From the NCBI RefSeq assembly GCF_964355755.1, contig NC_092673.1, forward strand, positions 10,698,948-10,762,947: a stretch of DNA of 64,000 nucleotides. Reading direction: 5' to 3'. Within the stretch, counting starts at the first letter, position 1. Every line of letters starts with the position of its first letter. This DNA is from Antedon mediterranea (lineage: Eukaryota; Animalia; Echinodermata). Positions 12,801 through 24,725 of the stretch are shown in pieces. The position numbers and the translations under genes were made by a program. The notes below the pieces were generated by a model. The model did not search any database and had not been told where the DNA came from. It saw nothing but the letters and a program-made list of their open reading frames with translations.

Positions 12801-15800
12801 AGAGATAGATCAGCGAGAGAGACATAGATCAGCGAGATTGAGATAGATAAGCGAGAGAGAGATAGATCAGCGAGAGAGAGATAGATAGATCAGCGAGAGA
12901 GAGATAGATCAGCGAGAGATAGATAGATCAGCGACAGAGAGATAGATCAGCGAGAGAGAGATAGATCAGCGAGAGAGAGATAAATCAGCGAGAGAGAGAT
13001 AGATCAGCGAGAGATAGGTAGATCAGCAAGAGAGAGATAGATCAGTGAGAGAGAGATAGATCAGCGAGAGAGAGATAGATCAGCGAGAGAGAGAGAGAGA
13101 GAGAGATAGATCAGCGAGAGAGAGATAGATCAGCGAGAGAGAGAGATAGATCAGCGATAGAGAGATAGATCAGCGAGAGAGAGAGAGAGATAGATCAGCG
13201 ATAGAGAGATAGATCAGCGAGAGAGAGAGATAGATCAGCGAGAGAGAGATAGATCAGCGAGAGAGAGAGATAGATCAGCGATAGAGAGATAGATCAGCGA
13301 GAGATAGATCAGCGAGAGAGATAGATAGATCAGAGAGAGAGAGATAGATCAGCGAGAGAGATAGATTAGCAAGAGAGATAGATCAGCGAGAGAGAGATAG
13401 ATCAGCGAGAGAGAGATAGATCAGCGAGAAAGAGATAGATCAGCGAGAGAGAGATAGATCAGCGAGAGAGAGATAGATCAGCGAGAGAGAGATAGATCAG
13501 CGAGAGAGAGATAGATAGATCAGCGAGAGAGATAGATCAACGAGAGAGAGAGATAGATCAGCGAGAGAGAGAGAGATAGATCAGCGATAGAGAGATAGAT
13601 CAGCGAGAGAGAGAGAGAGATAGATCAGCGAGAGAGAGATAGATCAGCGATAGAGAGATAGATCAGCGAGAAAGAGAGATAGATAAGCGATAGAGAGATA
13701 GATTAGCGAGAGAGAGAGATAGATCAGCGAGAGAGATATAGATCAGCAAGAGAGAGAGATAGATCAGCGAGAGAGAGATAGATCAGCGAGAGAGATAGAT
13801 AGATCAGCGAGAGAGATAGATCAGCGAGAGAGATAGATCAGCAAGAGAGATAGATCAGCGAGAGAGATAGATCAGCGAGAGATCAGCGAGAGAGAGATAG
13901 ATCAGCGAGAAAGAGATAGATCAGCGAGAGAGAGATAGATCAGCGAGAGAGAGATAGATCAGCGAGAGAGAGATAGATAGATCAGCGAGAGAGAGATAGA
14001 TAGATCAGCGAGAGAGAGATAGATCAGCGAGAGAGAGAGAGAGAAAGAGATAGATCAGCGAGAGAGAGAGATAGATCAGCGAGAGAGAAATAGATCAGCG
14101 AGAGAGAGATAGATCAGCGAGAAAGAGATAGATCAGCGAGAGAGAGAGATAGATCAGCGAGAGAGATAGATCAGCGAGAGAGAGAGAGAGAGATAGATCA
14201 GCGATAGAGAGATAGATCAGCGAGAGAGAGAGATAGATCAGCGATAGAGATAGATAGATCAGCGAGAGATAGATAGATCAGCGAGAGAGAGATAGATCAG
14301 CGAGAGAGAGATAGATCAGCGACAGAGAGATAGATCAGCGAGAGAGAGATAGATAGATCAGCGAGAGAGAGATAGATCAGCGAGAGAGAGATAGATCAGC
14401 GAGAGAGAGATAGATAGATCAGCGAGAGATAGATAGATCAGCGAGAGAAAGATAGATCAGCGAGAGAGAGAGAGATATAGATAGATCAGCGAGAGAGAGA
14501 TAGATGATCGAGAGAGAGATAGATCAGCCAGAGAGAGATAGATCAGCGAGAGAGAGATAGATCAGCGAGAGAGAGATAGATCAGCGAGAGATAAATAGAT
14601 CAGCGAGAGATAGATAGATAGATCAGCGAGAGAGAGATAGATAGATCAGCGAGAGAGAGATAGATAGATCAGCGAGAGGGAGATAGATAAATCAGCGAGA
14701 GAGAGATAGATAGATCAGCGAGAGAGAGATAGATAGATCAGCGAGAGACAGATAGATAGATCAGCGAGAGACAGATAGATAGATCATCGAGAGAAAGAGA
14801 TAGATAGATCAGCGAGAGAGAGAGAGACAGATAGATCAGCGAGAGAGATAGATAAATCAGCGAGGGAGAGATAGATCAGCGAGAGAGAGATAGATCAGTG
14901 AGAGAGAGATAGATAAGCAAGAGAGAGATAGATCTGCGAGAGAGAGATAGATAGATCAGCGAGAGAGAGATAGATGAGAGAGAGATAGATAGATCAGCGA
15001 GAGAGAGAGATAAATCAGCCAGAAAGAGAGAGAGATAGATCAGCGAGAGATAGATAGATCAGCGAGAGAGACATAGATCAGCGAGAGAGAGATAGATAGA
15101 TCAGCGAGAGAGAGATAGATCAGCGAGAGATAGATAGATCAGCGAGAGAGAGATAGATCAGCGAGAGAGTGATAGATCAGCGAGAGAGAGATAGATCAGC
15201 GAGAGAGAGATAGATCAGCGAGAGATATATAGATCAGCGAGAGAGAGATAGATCACCGAGAGAGAGGTAGATAGATCAGCGAGAGAGAGATATATCAGCG
15301 AGAGATAGATAGATCAGCGAGAGAGAGATAGATAGATCAGCGAGAGAGAGATAGATAGATCAGCGAGAGACAGATAGATAGATCAGCGAGAGACAGATAG
15401 ATAGATCAGCGAGAGACAGATAGATAGATCAGAGAGAAACAGATAGATAGATCAGCGAGAGAGAGAGATAGATCAGCGAGAGAGGGATAGATCAGCGAGA
15501 GAGATAGATCAGCGAGATAGAGATAGATCAGCGAGATAGAGATAGATCAGCGAGAGAGAGATAGATCAGCGAGAGAGAGATAGATCAGCGAGAGAGAGAT
15601 AGATAGATCAGCGAGAGAAAGATAGATCAGCGAGAGAGAGATAGATCAGCGAGAGAGAGATAGATCAGCGAGAGAGAGATAGATCAGCGAGAGAGAGGTA
15701 GATCAGCGAGAGAGAGATAGATCAGCGAGAGATAGATAGATCAGCGAGAGAGAGATAGATCAGCGAGAGAGATAGATCAGCGAGAGAGAGATTGATAGAT

Positions 15801-15967
15801 CAGCGAGAGAAAGATAGATCAGCGAGAGATAGATAGATCAGCGAGAGAGAGATAGACCAGCGAGAGAGAGAGATAGATCAGCGAGAGAGAGATAGATCAG
15901 CGAGAGAGAGATATATCAGAGAGAGAGAGATAGATCAGCGAGATAGAGATAGATCAGCGAGAGAGAG
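3828..15967 (+). repeat. Compound GA-rich micro/minisatellite, continued
   Basis: Same ~20-bp unit for 12 kb, with GATA-extended variants increasing toward 14-15.5 kb. Confidence 0.98.
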
Positions 15968-17035
15968 TAAATTTTCGCCATTTTTCGAAAAAAAATCTTA
16001 TGGTCCCCAGCAGGAAAATTTTTCGAAAAATGGCGAAATTTTGACCCTTTTATTTTTTGACATAACTAGTTACTATGGCTCTATAAGATGATGTTAACAC
16101 AATATATTTGCATAAATGGCAATATTATATCATAATTATATAATTTTAAAAATTGAAAATTTTTGGCCCCTTTTAAAAAAAAATCCTATTGTCCCCCAGA
16201 GGAAATTTTCGAAAATTGGCAAAATTTTGACCCTTTTCTTTTTTAACATATCTAGTTACGATGGCTCTATAAGAAGATAATGCTAACATATTTGCATAAA
16301 TGCCAAAAAAATAATAGCATAACTATTGAATTTTAAAAAGTGGAAATTTTGGCCATTTTTCGAAAAATTCCTATGGTCCCCCGCATCGAAATTTTCGATA
16401 AATTGTTAAATTTTGATCCTTTTATTTTTTGACATAACTAGTTACGATGGCTCTATAAGAAGATGATGCTAACACAATATATTTGCATAAATGCCAAAAA
16501 AATAATAGCATAATTATTGAATTTTAAAAAGTGGAAATTTTGGCCATTTTTCGAAAAAATTCCCACAGTCCCCCGCAGGGATATTTTCGCAAAAATGGCC
16601 AAATTTCGACCCTTTTATTTTTTGACATAACTAGTTACTATTGCTTTTTAAGATAACTAGTTACTATGGCTCTATAAGATGATGTTAGCACAATATATGT
16701 GCATAAATAGAAATATTATAGCATAATTTTTGAATGTTAAAAAGTGGAAATTTTAGTCATTTTTCGAAAAAAATTCCTATGGCTCCCCCGCCCCTAGGGA
16801 AATTTTCGCAAAAATGGCCAAATTTTAACCCTTTTATTTTTTTACATAACTAGTTACTATGGCTCTATAAGATGATGTTAGCACAATATATTTGGAAAAA
16901 TGGCAATATTATAGCATAATTATTGAATTTTCGAATTTTAAAAAGTGTAAATTTTCGCAATTTTTCGAAAAAAAATCTTATGGTCCCCCTCGGGAAAATT
17001 TTTGAAAAATGGCCAAATTTAGACCCTTTTATTTT
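15968..17035. repeat. ~190-bp tandem repeat (about 5.5 copies) with internal inverted repeat
   Basis: AAATTTT(C/G)GCCATTTTTCGAAAA...GGTCCCC...TTTTCGAAAAATGG(C/G)AAATTT...CATAACTAGTTACTATGGCTCTATAAGATGATG recurs at ~15968, 16157, 16344, 16535, 16747, 16949. Confidence 0.92.
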
Positions 17036-19600
17036 AATAGTCTATTTATATGAAATGAATGATCAATCAATGAAAAATAATGCCATGCAACTTTTTTTCT
17101 GATTGAACAAAATGTCCACTTGTTTAGGCCTGACATTTACAACGCTCAAAATATCTCACTTTCAAAAACAATATTTATTTTCAAAAAAAAAAAAAATATC
17201 CTTACAGGTTCGAACCCACTACTGGGAACACTCAAAACTGAGCATTACCCGTTATGCCATAATGTAGTACATGACAGAACAGTTTATAATAGTCTATTTA
17301 TAAGTGTATTACGTAATTCATCATTACGTCATAAATGGCCAGTTAGCTCAGACGACTGAGCGTCGTGTTGATGTGGTGGAAACGACCCCAAGGCCGTGGC
17401 AGGACCTTAGTGCTGAGGCAGGGAGAGCACATTTTAAATTTTTTTTTTGGCTTTCGCTACATGTATTTGATCTCGTAAATTTTATGTTTAGCGTCCTCAA
17501 TTTAATGTAAAAAGAAATTAATTTATCTTCGTTACGTGTTTAGAAGAGAACGTATGTCTCACCGTAGTTTGGTATGCCGTTTGTTATTATGCAAATGAGT
17601 TTTTGCAGGTGTAGTGGGAAAGATGGTATTGTTAGTAATTCGCGGTCAACACGCCACACTGTTGAATTTTGATTTTGTTAATCAATGTTGCTACATTGGT
17701 AGCGAAATGTCCGATTCATGCAAGATATTGTATTGTAATATGTTATGAATAAACATTTATGGATGGTAGTTGGTGTGTATGGCCGCACCGTCCAAGAATA
17801 AACATGTTTTAAACAGATAACTTGTCTCCGATGATTTTTGTATGGGGTTAATGGAGAGTGAAATAGATCAAATATAGAAAATTTGCAAAGATACCGATAT
17901 CCAGACTGATTTCGAAACTTAGACTAATTCCGCCGCCGGGTTAGGCCTTAGGCATATACGAAGTCGAGTTTTTAAAGTAGAAAACTCTACCTAAACTTTT
18001 GAATTCGCATCTGGATAGTTGAATTTTTAACAAATATCATAAATATCATAGGTGATTATGTATGGTAATAAGTATAAGTATAAGTGCAATTCTGGGCTCT
18101 ATTTTCATTCTTAGCTCTGCCCCAAACATGGTGGGCTAGTAGGCCTACTGGAGACCTAATATTTAATTTCATATTTCAATGAATAGGTGCAATTTTCGGG
18201 ACAAGCTCTATTGTCCTTGTTAGTTTTATATATTTTGTTTCATATAATTTCAAATCATGTAAAGTACCATTTTCAGGCGGGAGTCTGTGCAACTCTATTT
18301 TTTTATTTTATAAAGTTTGGTATGCCGTCGTGGTTGTTATGCAAATGAGCTTGTGCACGTGTATTATGGAGAAGATAATATGTTAATCATTCGCGGTCAA
18401 CGCGCCACACTGTTAAATTTTGATGCTGTTAATATTTACATTAGAATATTGTTCAAATCATGTAAATAAAACATTTTCCGGGCGGGAACCCAGCAGCTCT
18501 CGAAAAGAACTCCAGGTGGAAAAGAAGCTCACCCATGAGTACTGAATATGAAGGAGCACATTGGCTTCTTTTGGAGGCTTTATGGCAGTCTTTTTACATG
18601 TATTTGATTTCAAAAACAATATTTATTTTCAATTTAAAAAAAAAAGAAAAAAATATTCCTAGAGGTTCGAACCCATTACTGAGAGAACTCAAACCTGAGC
18701 ATTACCGGTTACGCCACAAACCAGTAGATGAGTGAAGAGCTGATAATAGTCTATTTATATGAAATGAATGATCCATCAATGTAAAATGATGTTATGCAAC
18801 TTTGTTTCTGATTTAAAAAAAAGGTCCACTTGGTTAGGCTTGACATTTAAAACCATAAAAATATCTCACTTTCAAAAACAATATTTATTTTCAAATAAAA
18901 AAAAAAGACAAAAAATATCCCTAGAAGTTCGAACCCACTATTGAAATCACTCAAACCTGAGCATTACCCGTTACGCCGCAAACCAGTATACGACTGAAGA
19001 GCTGATAATAATCTATTTATATGAAATAGATGATCAATCAATGAAAAATAATGCCATGCAACTTTGTTTCTGATTTTAAAAAAGGTTCACTTGTTTAGGC
19101 CTGACAGTTGCAACCCTCAAAATATCTCACTTTCTAAAACAATATTTATTTTCAATTAAAAAAAAAAGAAAAAAATACCCGTATAGGTTCGAACCCACTA
19201 CTGAGAGCACTCAAACCTGAGCATTATCCGTTACACCACAAGCCAGTAGATGACTGAGGAGCTGATAATAGTCTATTTATATGAAATGAATGATCAATCA
19301 ATGAAAAATAATGCCATGCAACTTTGTTTCTGATTTTAAAAAAGGTCCACTTGTTTAGGCCTGACATTTACAACCCTCAAAATATCTCACTTTCAAAAAC
19401 AATATTTATTTTCAATTTAAAAAAAAAAAGAAAAAAATTATTCGTAGAGGTTCGAACCCACTACTGCGAGAACTCAAACCTGAGCACTACCGGTTACGCC
19501 ACAAACCAGTAGATGACTGAAGAGCTGATAACAGTCTATTTATATGAAATGAATGATCAATCAATGAAAAATAATGCCATGCAAATTTGTTTCTGATTGA
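17036..19600 (-). repeat. ~260-bp tRNA-like satellite, first segment (interrupted by the 1.3-kb block)
   Basis: GTTCGAACCC marker at ~18664, 18926, 19186, 19449 (period ~261 bp). Confidence 0.95.
17337..18608 (+). repeat. ~1.3-kb interspersed block, copy 1 (tRNA-like head with internal deletion)
   Basis: Homologous to 30782-32014, 41738-44300, 46342-47750, 48480-49890; head jumps from ...CGTGTTGA to TGTGGTGGAAAC (~150-bp deletion at TGA microhomology). Confidence 0.9.
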
Positions 19601-19943
19601 AAACAAGCACGAATGTGCAATACTCGGGGTACAGCGAAAGAAGCTGTAATGACGTCATGAGACCGGATGTAACGTCACATACACATCAATAACCGCGCTA
19701 CCAAATACGGCTATACGGTACCATCTTCGAGACGTGATATGGCTGCATCCGGTTTGAAATTAAAAAATCCGGCTCTATAGCTTTGAGGACATGTCCCTGT
19801 AGTATATTCATGCTAAATCCGAGCTCAATAAAGGGTGGAGTAGTACTTTATAAATCGCACTTTTTGCTCAATAGTGTACGTCCGGATGGAAGAAGAAGAG
19901 GAAAATGTGAGAGAGTCCTAGACTCAGGTACCCCGAGTAATAA
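19601..19943 (-). mobile_element. HINE/DINE-1-like mini-Helentron module forming the 3' end
   Basis: Perfect subTIR pair 19621-19632 / 19928-19939, short (GAA)n tract ~19889, terminal hairpin and T run. Confidence 0.85.
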
Positions 19944-20862
19944 AACGAGATATACTCTTTATCATATTACGTATACAGTATATTTCACCATAAAGTGTTA
20001 AAGAAAAAAAGGTTTCGTCAGGGCTTGAACCGGGACCTTCTGCGTGTTACAAAACCTCTTACTCTAGAAATGTGGGTTACACAAAGTTTTTTAATCCATT
20101 TAAATTGCAAATAAATATGGTAATAAGCACAAAGCAAAATAAACATGTGTAAAAGTGATAATTACCGATTACACAAAATAAGTATTAAAAAAAATAATAA
20201 AAATAAGATATACTGTGTATAATTATCATATTATCGTATACAGTACTTTTCACCATAAAGTTAAAAAAAAAAGTTACGTCACATAATCGGAAATGGCATA
20301 ATTACAGTAAATTATGTAATCTCAAAGTGATTTTCTTTTCAAAGATACTAAACACGTCTATAATCCGAAGATTTTCGTAAACTGGAAGTGACGTCACATA
20401 ACCGGAAATGACATTATTGTAAAAATTATGAATCTTCCTTGAAAAAAAAAAGAAAAGAAGAAATATCCTTTTTAAGTGATACGAAACACGGCTTATTTTC
20501 CAGGGTTGAGTTCATTGCATGCTACGGATTTTTAGGGTAGATTTAGACGATAAGGATTTTGTCAGGGTGGGTTCATGATACGTTTTGCCAGGTTGAGTTC
20601 ATTCCATAAATTGGATTTCATCAGGATGGGTTAATAGACGATACGGATTTGATGAGGATTTTGTAGGGTGGGTTCATTATTTTCATTTTGTAAACCTAGT
20701 CATATATCTGGGGTTACCCTACACTTGTTTTCATTGATTTAGATAAATTATGACATAGATAGGTAATAAATTATATTCAGGAAAGCAATGCAGAAATAAA
20801 CTATAATATAAGATTTCATAAAAACATCATTTAATCAATTCATAAACATAAATCAATAATAT

Positions 20863-21585
20863 TCATTCAAGGAAGCTAAAACAAGTTGCATCATGATCAG
20901 AATAGTATACTGGATGGAGGAAATGATCAACGTTATTTTCCATGTTGTGGTACACGTGATCCAGTATTCTACCTTCTATGTGCGTTGATTCGTTGATTAT
21001 TTGCGTGAAGCCAAGATTTGTCAAACTTTCAAATAATTTGTTTCCTGTAGGATCGGTGTTTATATCGCCGCAGATCACGGTTTTCTTGTTGTTTGATATA
21101 CAACGTAAAAGTGCCTCTGTAAATTCTGTGATCGGACTATTTGGAGACCTATAAACACAGATGAGTTCAAAATTTGACAAGCCGATTTTTAGTATTTGAT
21201 AGTTCTTCTTAGCCTCTGAATGAAGAGGTGATACAGTGTACTTTGACTTCACGTATATTGCTACTCCTTTACCACGACCTTCACTACATGTGAACAGTTT
21301 GTATCTTGGTAGCGGTATAATGTCAATTTGGACATTCTTCAATAACCATGTTTCTGTAAGGCAGATGCAGTCTGCATTCATAAGTTCGAAATCAGAACTA
21401 ATATCAACTAGATGTTTACGCAATGATCGAATATTCAGCTGCACTAGTTTAGTTTTGGTTGATTTGACGTCAGTCCATTCTCGGTATCGAGTGTTGATAG
21501 CTGAATTTTTTATCAACTGGGCTGTTAGCAGTGCGCCTGGATTCACGTTTATCATTTTCTCCGCATCAAAACATGTTAGGAACAA
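20863..21585 (-). CDS. APE-type (EEP) endonuclease domain fragment of the Helentron polyprotein
   Basis: Motifs QLNIRSL, CLTETWL, GKGVAIYV, VYRSP, CGDIN, LDHVY, SDHD. Confidence 0.92.
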   Translation of the reverse strand: MFLTCFDAEKMINVNPGALLTAQLIKNSAINTRYREWTDVKSTKTKLVQLNIRSLRKHLVDISSDFELMNADCICLTETWLLKNVQIDIIPLPRYKLFTCSEGRGKGVAIYVKSKYTVSPLHSEAKKNYQILKIGLSNFELICVYRSPNSPITEFTEALLRCISNNKKTVICGDINTDPTGNKLFESLTNLGFTQIINESTHIEGRILDHVYHNMENNVDHFLHPVYYSDHDATCFSFLE

Positions 21586-21658
21586 CTGATCTTGTTTCTG
21601 ATACGACCGAAGAGCACATAAGCTTGTGATGGGTGAAAAATCTTATCCATGTGACCGA

Positions 21659-22012
21659 CTAATTTAGTTGGCGTGCGCCTTCCTTCAGTTTGAGTGTACT
21701 TTGAAATGGTGTATTATTCAGGCAACCATCTCTACCGATCTTAGGATTGTAGGTTTTCTGTGTAGGGTGTATATTTACCGCATGTATCGTATATTCAGTA
21801 CCTTCTAGATCACTCAGTCTCTCATCATTGAAATGGTTCACTTCTGCGTTAGTTCCAAACAAATGTATCCCATCTATGGGGATATCTTTAGTAACTCTCT
21901 TTTTCAGGAGATCGATATCAGGCTGTTCTTTCAGGCCATATCGGATACGTCCTAGAACTTCTGCGTATTCACGATGATCGCCTTGACGATGGTTATAACG
22001 TAACTCTATCAT
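21659..22012 (-). CDS. Pif1 helicase fragment (central motifs)
   Basis: ELRYNHRQ, LGRIRYG, HLFGTNAEVNHFN, LKLKEGAR match Pif1-family motifs. Confidence 0.85.
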   Translation of the reverse strand: MIELRYNHRQGDHREYAEVLGRIRYGLKEQPDIDLLKKRVTKDIPIDGIHLFGTNAEVNHFNDERLSDLEGTEYTIHAVNIHPTQKTYNPKIGRDGCLNNTPFQSTLKLKEGARQLN

Positions 22013-22024
22013 AGTAAAGAGATC

Positions 22025-22270
22025 CTATAAGGAACGGAGTGTGAAAGAAAGAGCGAAATTCTCGTTTGATGGCTCATCGAAAATATATCTTGCTGATACG
22101 GGTCGGAGCTGAAGTAGATCACCGAACAGGACAATAAAAATTCCAGCAAAGTCTCGCTGATTTCCCAATATCTCTTGAAGTCGTAGATTCAACTGATACA
22201 ACTGGTCTGCTTTTACCATTGACATTTCATCTATCACGACTAACTTCAATCCTTGTAACAACGATCTCAT
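22025..22270 (-). CDS. Pif1 helicase fragment (Walker B, motif III)
   Basis: VVIDEMSMV and FGDLLQLRPV. Confidence 0.9.
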   Translation of the reverse strand: MRSLLQGLKLVVIDEMSMVKADQLYQLNLRLQEILGNQRDFAGIFIVLFGDLLQLRPVSARYIFDEPSNENFALSFTLRSL

Positions 22271-22282
22271 TGCATCTCGCTT

Positions 22283-23809
22283 TTAATCACTCAAACTGAT
22301 AAATTTGTTTCCAAAGGGCAGATTGAACGCTGTATGCATAGTCAGACCTTTGATGTTACTGGCTGCAGTTCCTGTTGGAGCAGCAAGGATCACAAGTGGT
22401 TGATCGGGATTTCTGTCATCGTCTATTCTCAGTGTGGCTTCTGCCCACTGTGCTATTACACGTATCAACTCTGATTTTCCCGAACCTGCACCTCCATGAA
22501 CTACCAAAAGTGGGGGATGTTTTACCCTGGTCCCGATTTGAGTAGATTTTCGTATATCTCTCAAGTATTTCAGTACCCAAGTGAAAGCTTGTCGTTGATC
22601 CTCATCAAGTTTTGTCACTGACTGACAAATTTGTTCTTTATCAGATATGTCAATTTGCCTGAATATCGATCCAAGATCACTGGTTACTTCGTCATTTGTA
22701 TCGACGATACCCTCTGGTTCAGTTGCTAGGTTCTGAACGTTGACATTTGTACCAATCTCACGCTGTTCATCATTCTCCTGTTCCAGTGATGGATCCAGCA
22801 TATCACCAATATGGTTAGCACCATTATCCTGCGATTCGATGAAGTTTCGACCCGCTTCTACATTGTTACGATGAGGGAATAGCATATTTTTCACTATGTT
22901 TATCTCGTTTAGTTTGCTCTCATACAAATCTAAGCACTTTTGGAAGTCATCGCTTATGCAATCACTTTCTTTCAGCCACGGCCAGTAAAGTAAGAGCTCC
23001 GAGTAGGCAAACTGATGTGGTTCTTTTATCTGATTGCATTTATGTTGACGTAATATAGCTGGTCGTTGACGTAGTTTCATATACAATGTATCAGTGAGTT
23101 TGATCAATGCTGGTAGGAATTCGGTGGGTCTCACATCCGCAGTAACAATAGGTTTATCACTCACACCATGTACTCGGTCTGTAAAGACTTTTCCTTTCGT
23201 TTGACTGAATGGACAAGTATCATACATGGTGCTGAACTGAGCAAGGGTCATAATACGTATGGGACCAGGTCGTTTCTCGAATTTCTCATGTATCGAGAGG
23301 TTTCGCTGAACGTATTTACCTTTTTTGCCAGGTATAGTAATGAAATTGCTATTTGCTCTGTTAGATTTTTTTATTGTACGATTATTCTCGTCATCGTCAT
23401 CGTCAGGCTCAGACATTGCGGGATCTGCATCATCACTGTAATCACCATCATCTATTTGCATGAGGAATTTCCTCCGTTTTTCCGGAAGATTAGTGTCAAC
23501 CCAAACAGGCTTTATGTTGGAATTTGTCAGATGAAGGCTACTAGGATCCATAAGGTAAATGGCCTCAAATTTGCCTTTCTCTCTGTATGTCAAGAATACT
23601 CTTGCTAGGTATCTCATTTTCTCTTGGTTACTTTTATCGCTCCCACGCATTTCTTTGGCAGCATCTATGAGATATTTCATCGTTCCGGTATCATCCTTCA
23701 TGTAATAGTCGGTAATATAAGTGATCACTGCATAATAGTCCAAACAGACCTGTAGATTCATATTACCATCCCACGCTCGTATCCATTCTTTGTTGTAATT
23801 GTTGACCAT
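22283..23809 (-). CDS. Rep C-terminal part and Pif1 helicase N-terminal part
   Basis: Rep motif 3 YITDYYMK (catalytic Tyr pair), NNYN..AWDGNMNLQ, LLLYWPW, Walker A GGAGSGKS, AAPTGTAASNIKGLTMH. Confidence 0.92.
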   Translation of the reverse strand: MVNNYNKEWIRAWDGNMNLQVCLDYYAVITYITDYYMKDDTGTMKYLIDAAKEMRGSDKSNQEKMRYLARVFLTYREKGKFEAIYLMDPSSLHLTNSNIKPVWVDTNLPEKRRKFLMQIDDGDYSDDADPAMSEPDDDDDENNRTIKKSNRANSNFITIPGKKGKYVQRNLSIHEKFEKRPGPIRIMTLAQFSTMYDTCPFSQTKGKVFTDRVHGVSDKPIVTADVRPTEFLPALIKLTDTLYMKLRQRPAILRQHKCNQIKEPHQFAYSELLLYWPWLKESDCISDDFQKCLDLYESKLNEINIVKNMLFPHRNNVEAGRNFIESQDNGANHIGDMLDPSLEQENDEQREIGTNVNVQNLATEPEGIVDTNDEVTSDLGSIFRQIDISDKEQICQSVTKLDEDQRQAFTWVLKYLRDIRKSTQIGTRVKHPPLLVVHGGAGSGKSELIRVIAQWAEATLRIDDDRNPDQPLVILAAPTGTAASNIKGLTMHTAFNLPFGNKFISLSD

Positions 23810-23830
23810 TCACCGCTCGTTTCAGTACAA

Positions 23831-24725
23831 TTACTGTGCCTTTACTGTGCCTTTCTCGCTAACTTCGAGCGCTCTGTAATAGTCTTCGTGTGAAACATCC
23901 GCTAATCGCAGTAGTTGATCTATTGATGTTTCGTCTAATTTATTCTTTTTCTGCAGATCTAGCAAGGTTTTCCTCACTGCTTCCAGTGTAGTATGATGAT
24001 TGCCCAGTATCTGTTTGTATTCATCATCAGTCAGTTGTGATTTGTTCAAGGGCTGTGCGATGATCGTTCTTTCACTAGGAAAACGTGGGAATCCGAATCT
24101 GCAATCTGTTCCATACTTGCGACAGGATTTAGTGTGACTGTGAGTTTGCAGTTGTTTGGCAATATAATATAGATCGTTTTCCGGTTTTGTATCACAGGTG
24201 ATGAAATTATCTACCAACTTTACTGTCACATCTTTTTGACTATCAGAGAGATGCTTGTTCTGCCGCAGGGAATCAATAGATGATGTAATTCCTGGAAAAT
24301 CTTCTTCTAGTTTCTCAAAAGTTGGCCAACAGACTCCATGAATGTGTCCAGCACCCCGTTTTTGAAACTCTACCCTGTAGTTATAGGATTCACTATGCAT
24401 AGGACTGTTTGTACCCATCATTATGTTTTTGATAAATGCCTTCACTCTTTGGTTGAAATTACGTGCCACTATATCCGTGTTTTCTTGAAGTAACTTGCGC
24501 AAGTTGTCTATTTTTATTCTTCCTTCGTCCGTATACTCTAGTGGTTCACCATCAACATATATAGTTTCGATCCCATCTTCCATTTGGTAACTGATGTCAT
24601 GGTTCCGTGAAAGGATAGACGTGATGTTTTCTGGCCATCGTGTATCGGCACAGGAAAGTGTGAAAAAGAAAAGAAACGAACCAAGATTCTCTAGTCGTGC
24701 GAACATTATATTTCGCTGTTTTTTC
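23831..24725 (-). CDS. Helitron Rep (HUH endonuclease) fragment
   Basis: FFFTLSCAD..WPE (motif 1), YRVEFQKRGAGHIHG (HUH motif 2), QTHSHTKSC..CRFGFP. The first ~10 codons of ORF 23831-24757 come from the inserted element. Confidence 0.93.

Noticed and set aside
1-15967. Telomeric repeat array
   Set aside because: Variable-length GA-based unit, unlike a telomerase-templated repeat.
20863-21585. Independent LINE endonuclease or host APE gene
   Set aside because: Collinear with and directly after helicase motif VI, with no RT downstream; it is the Helentron C-terminal domain.
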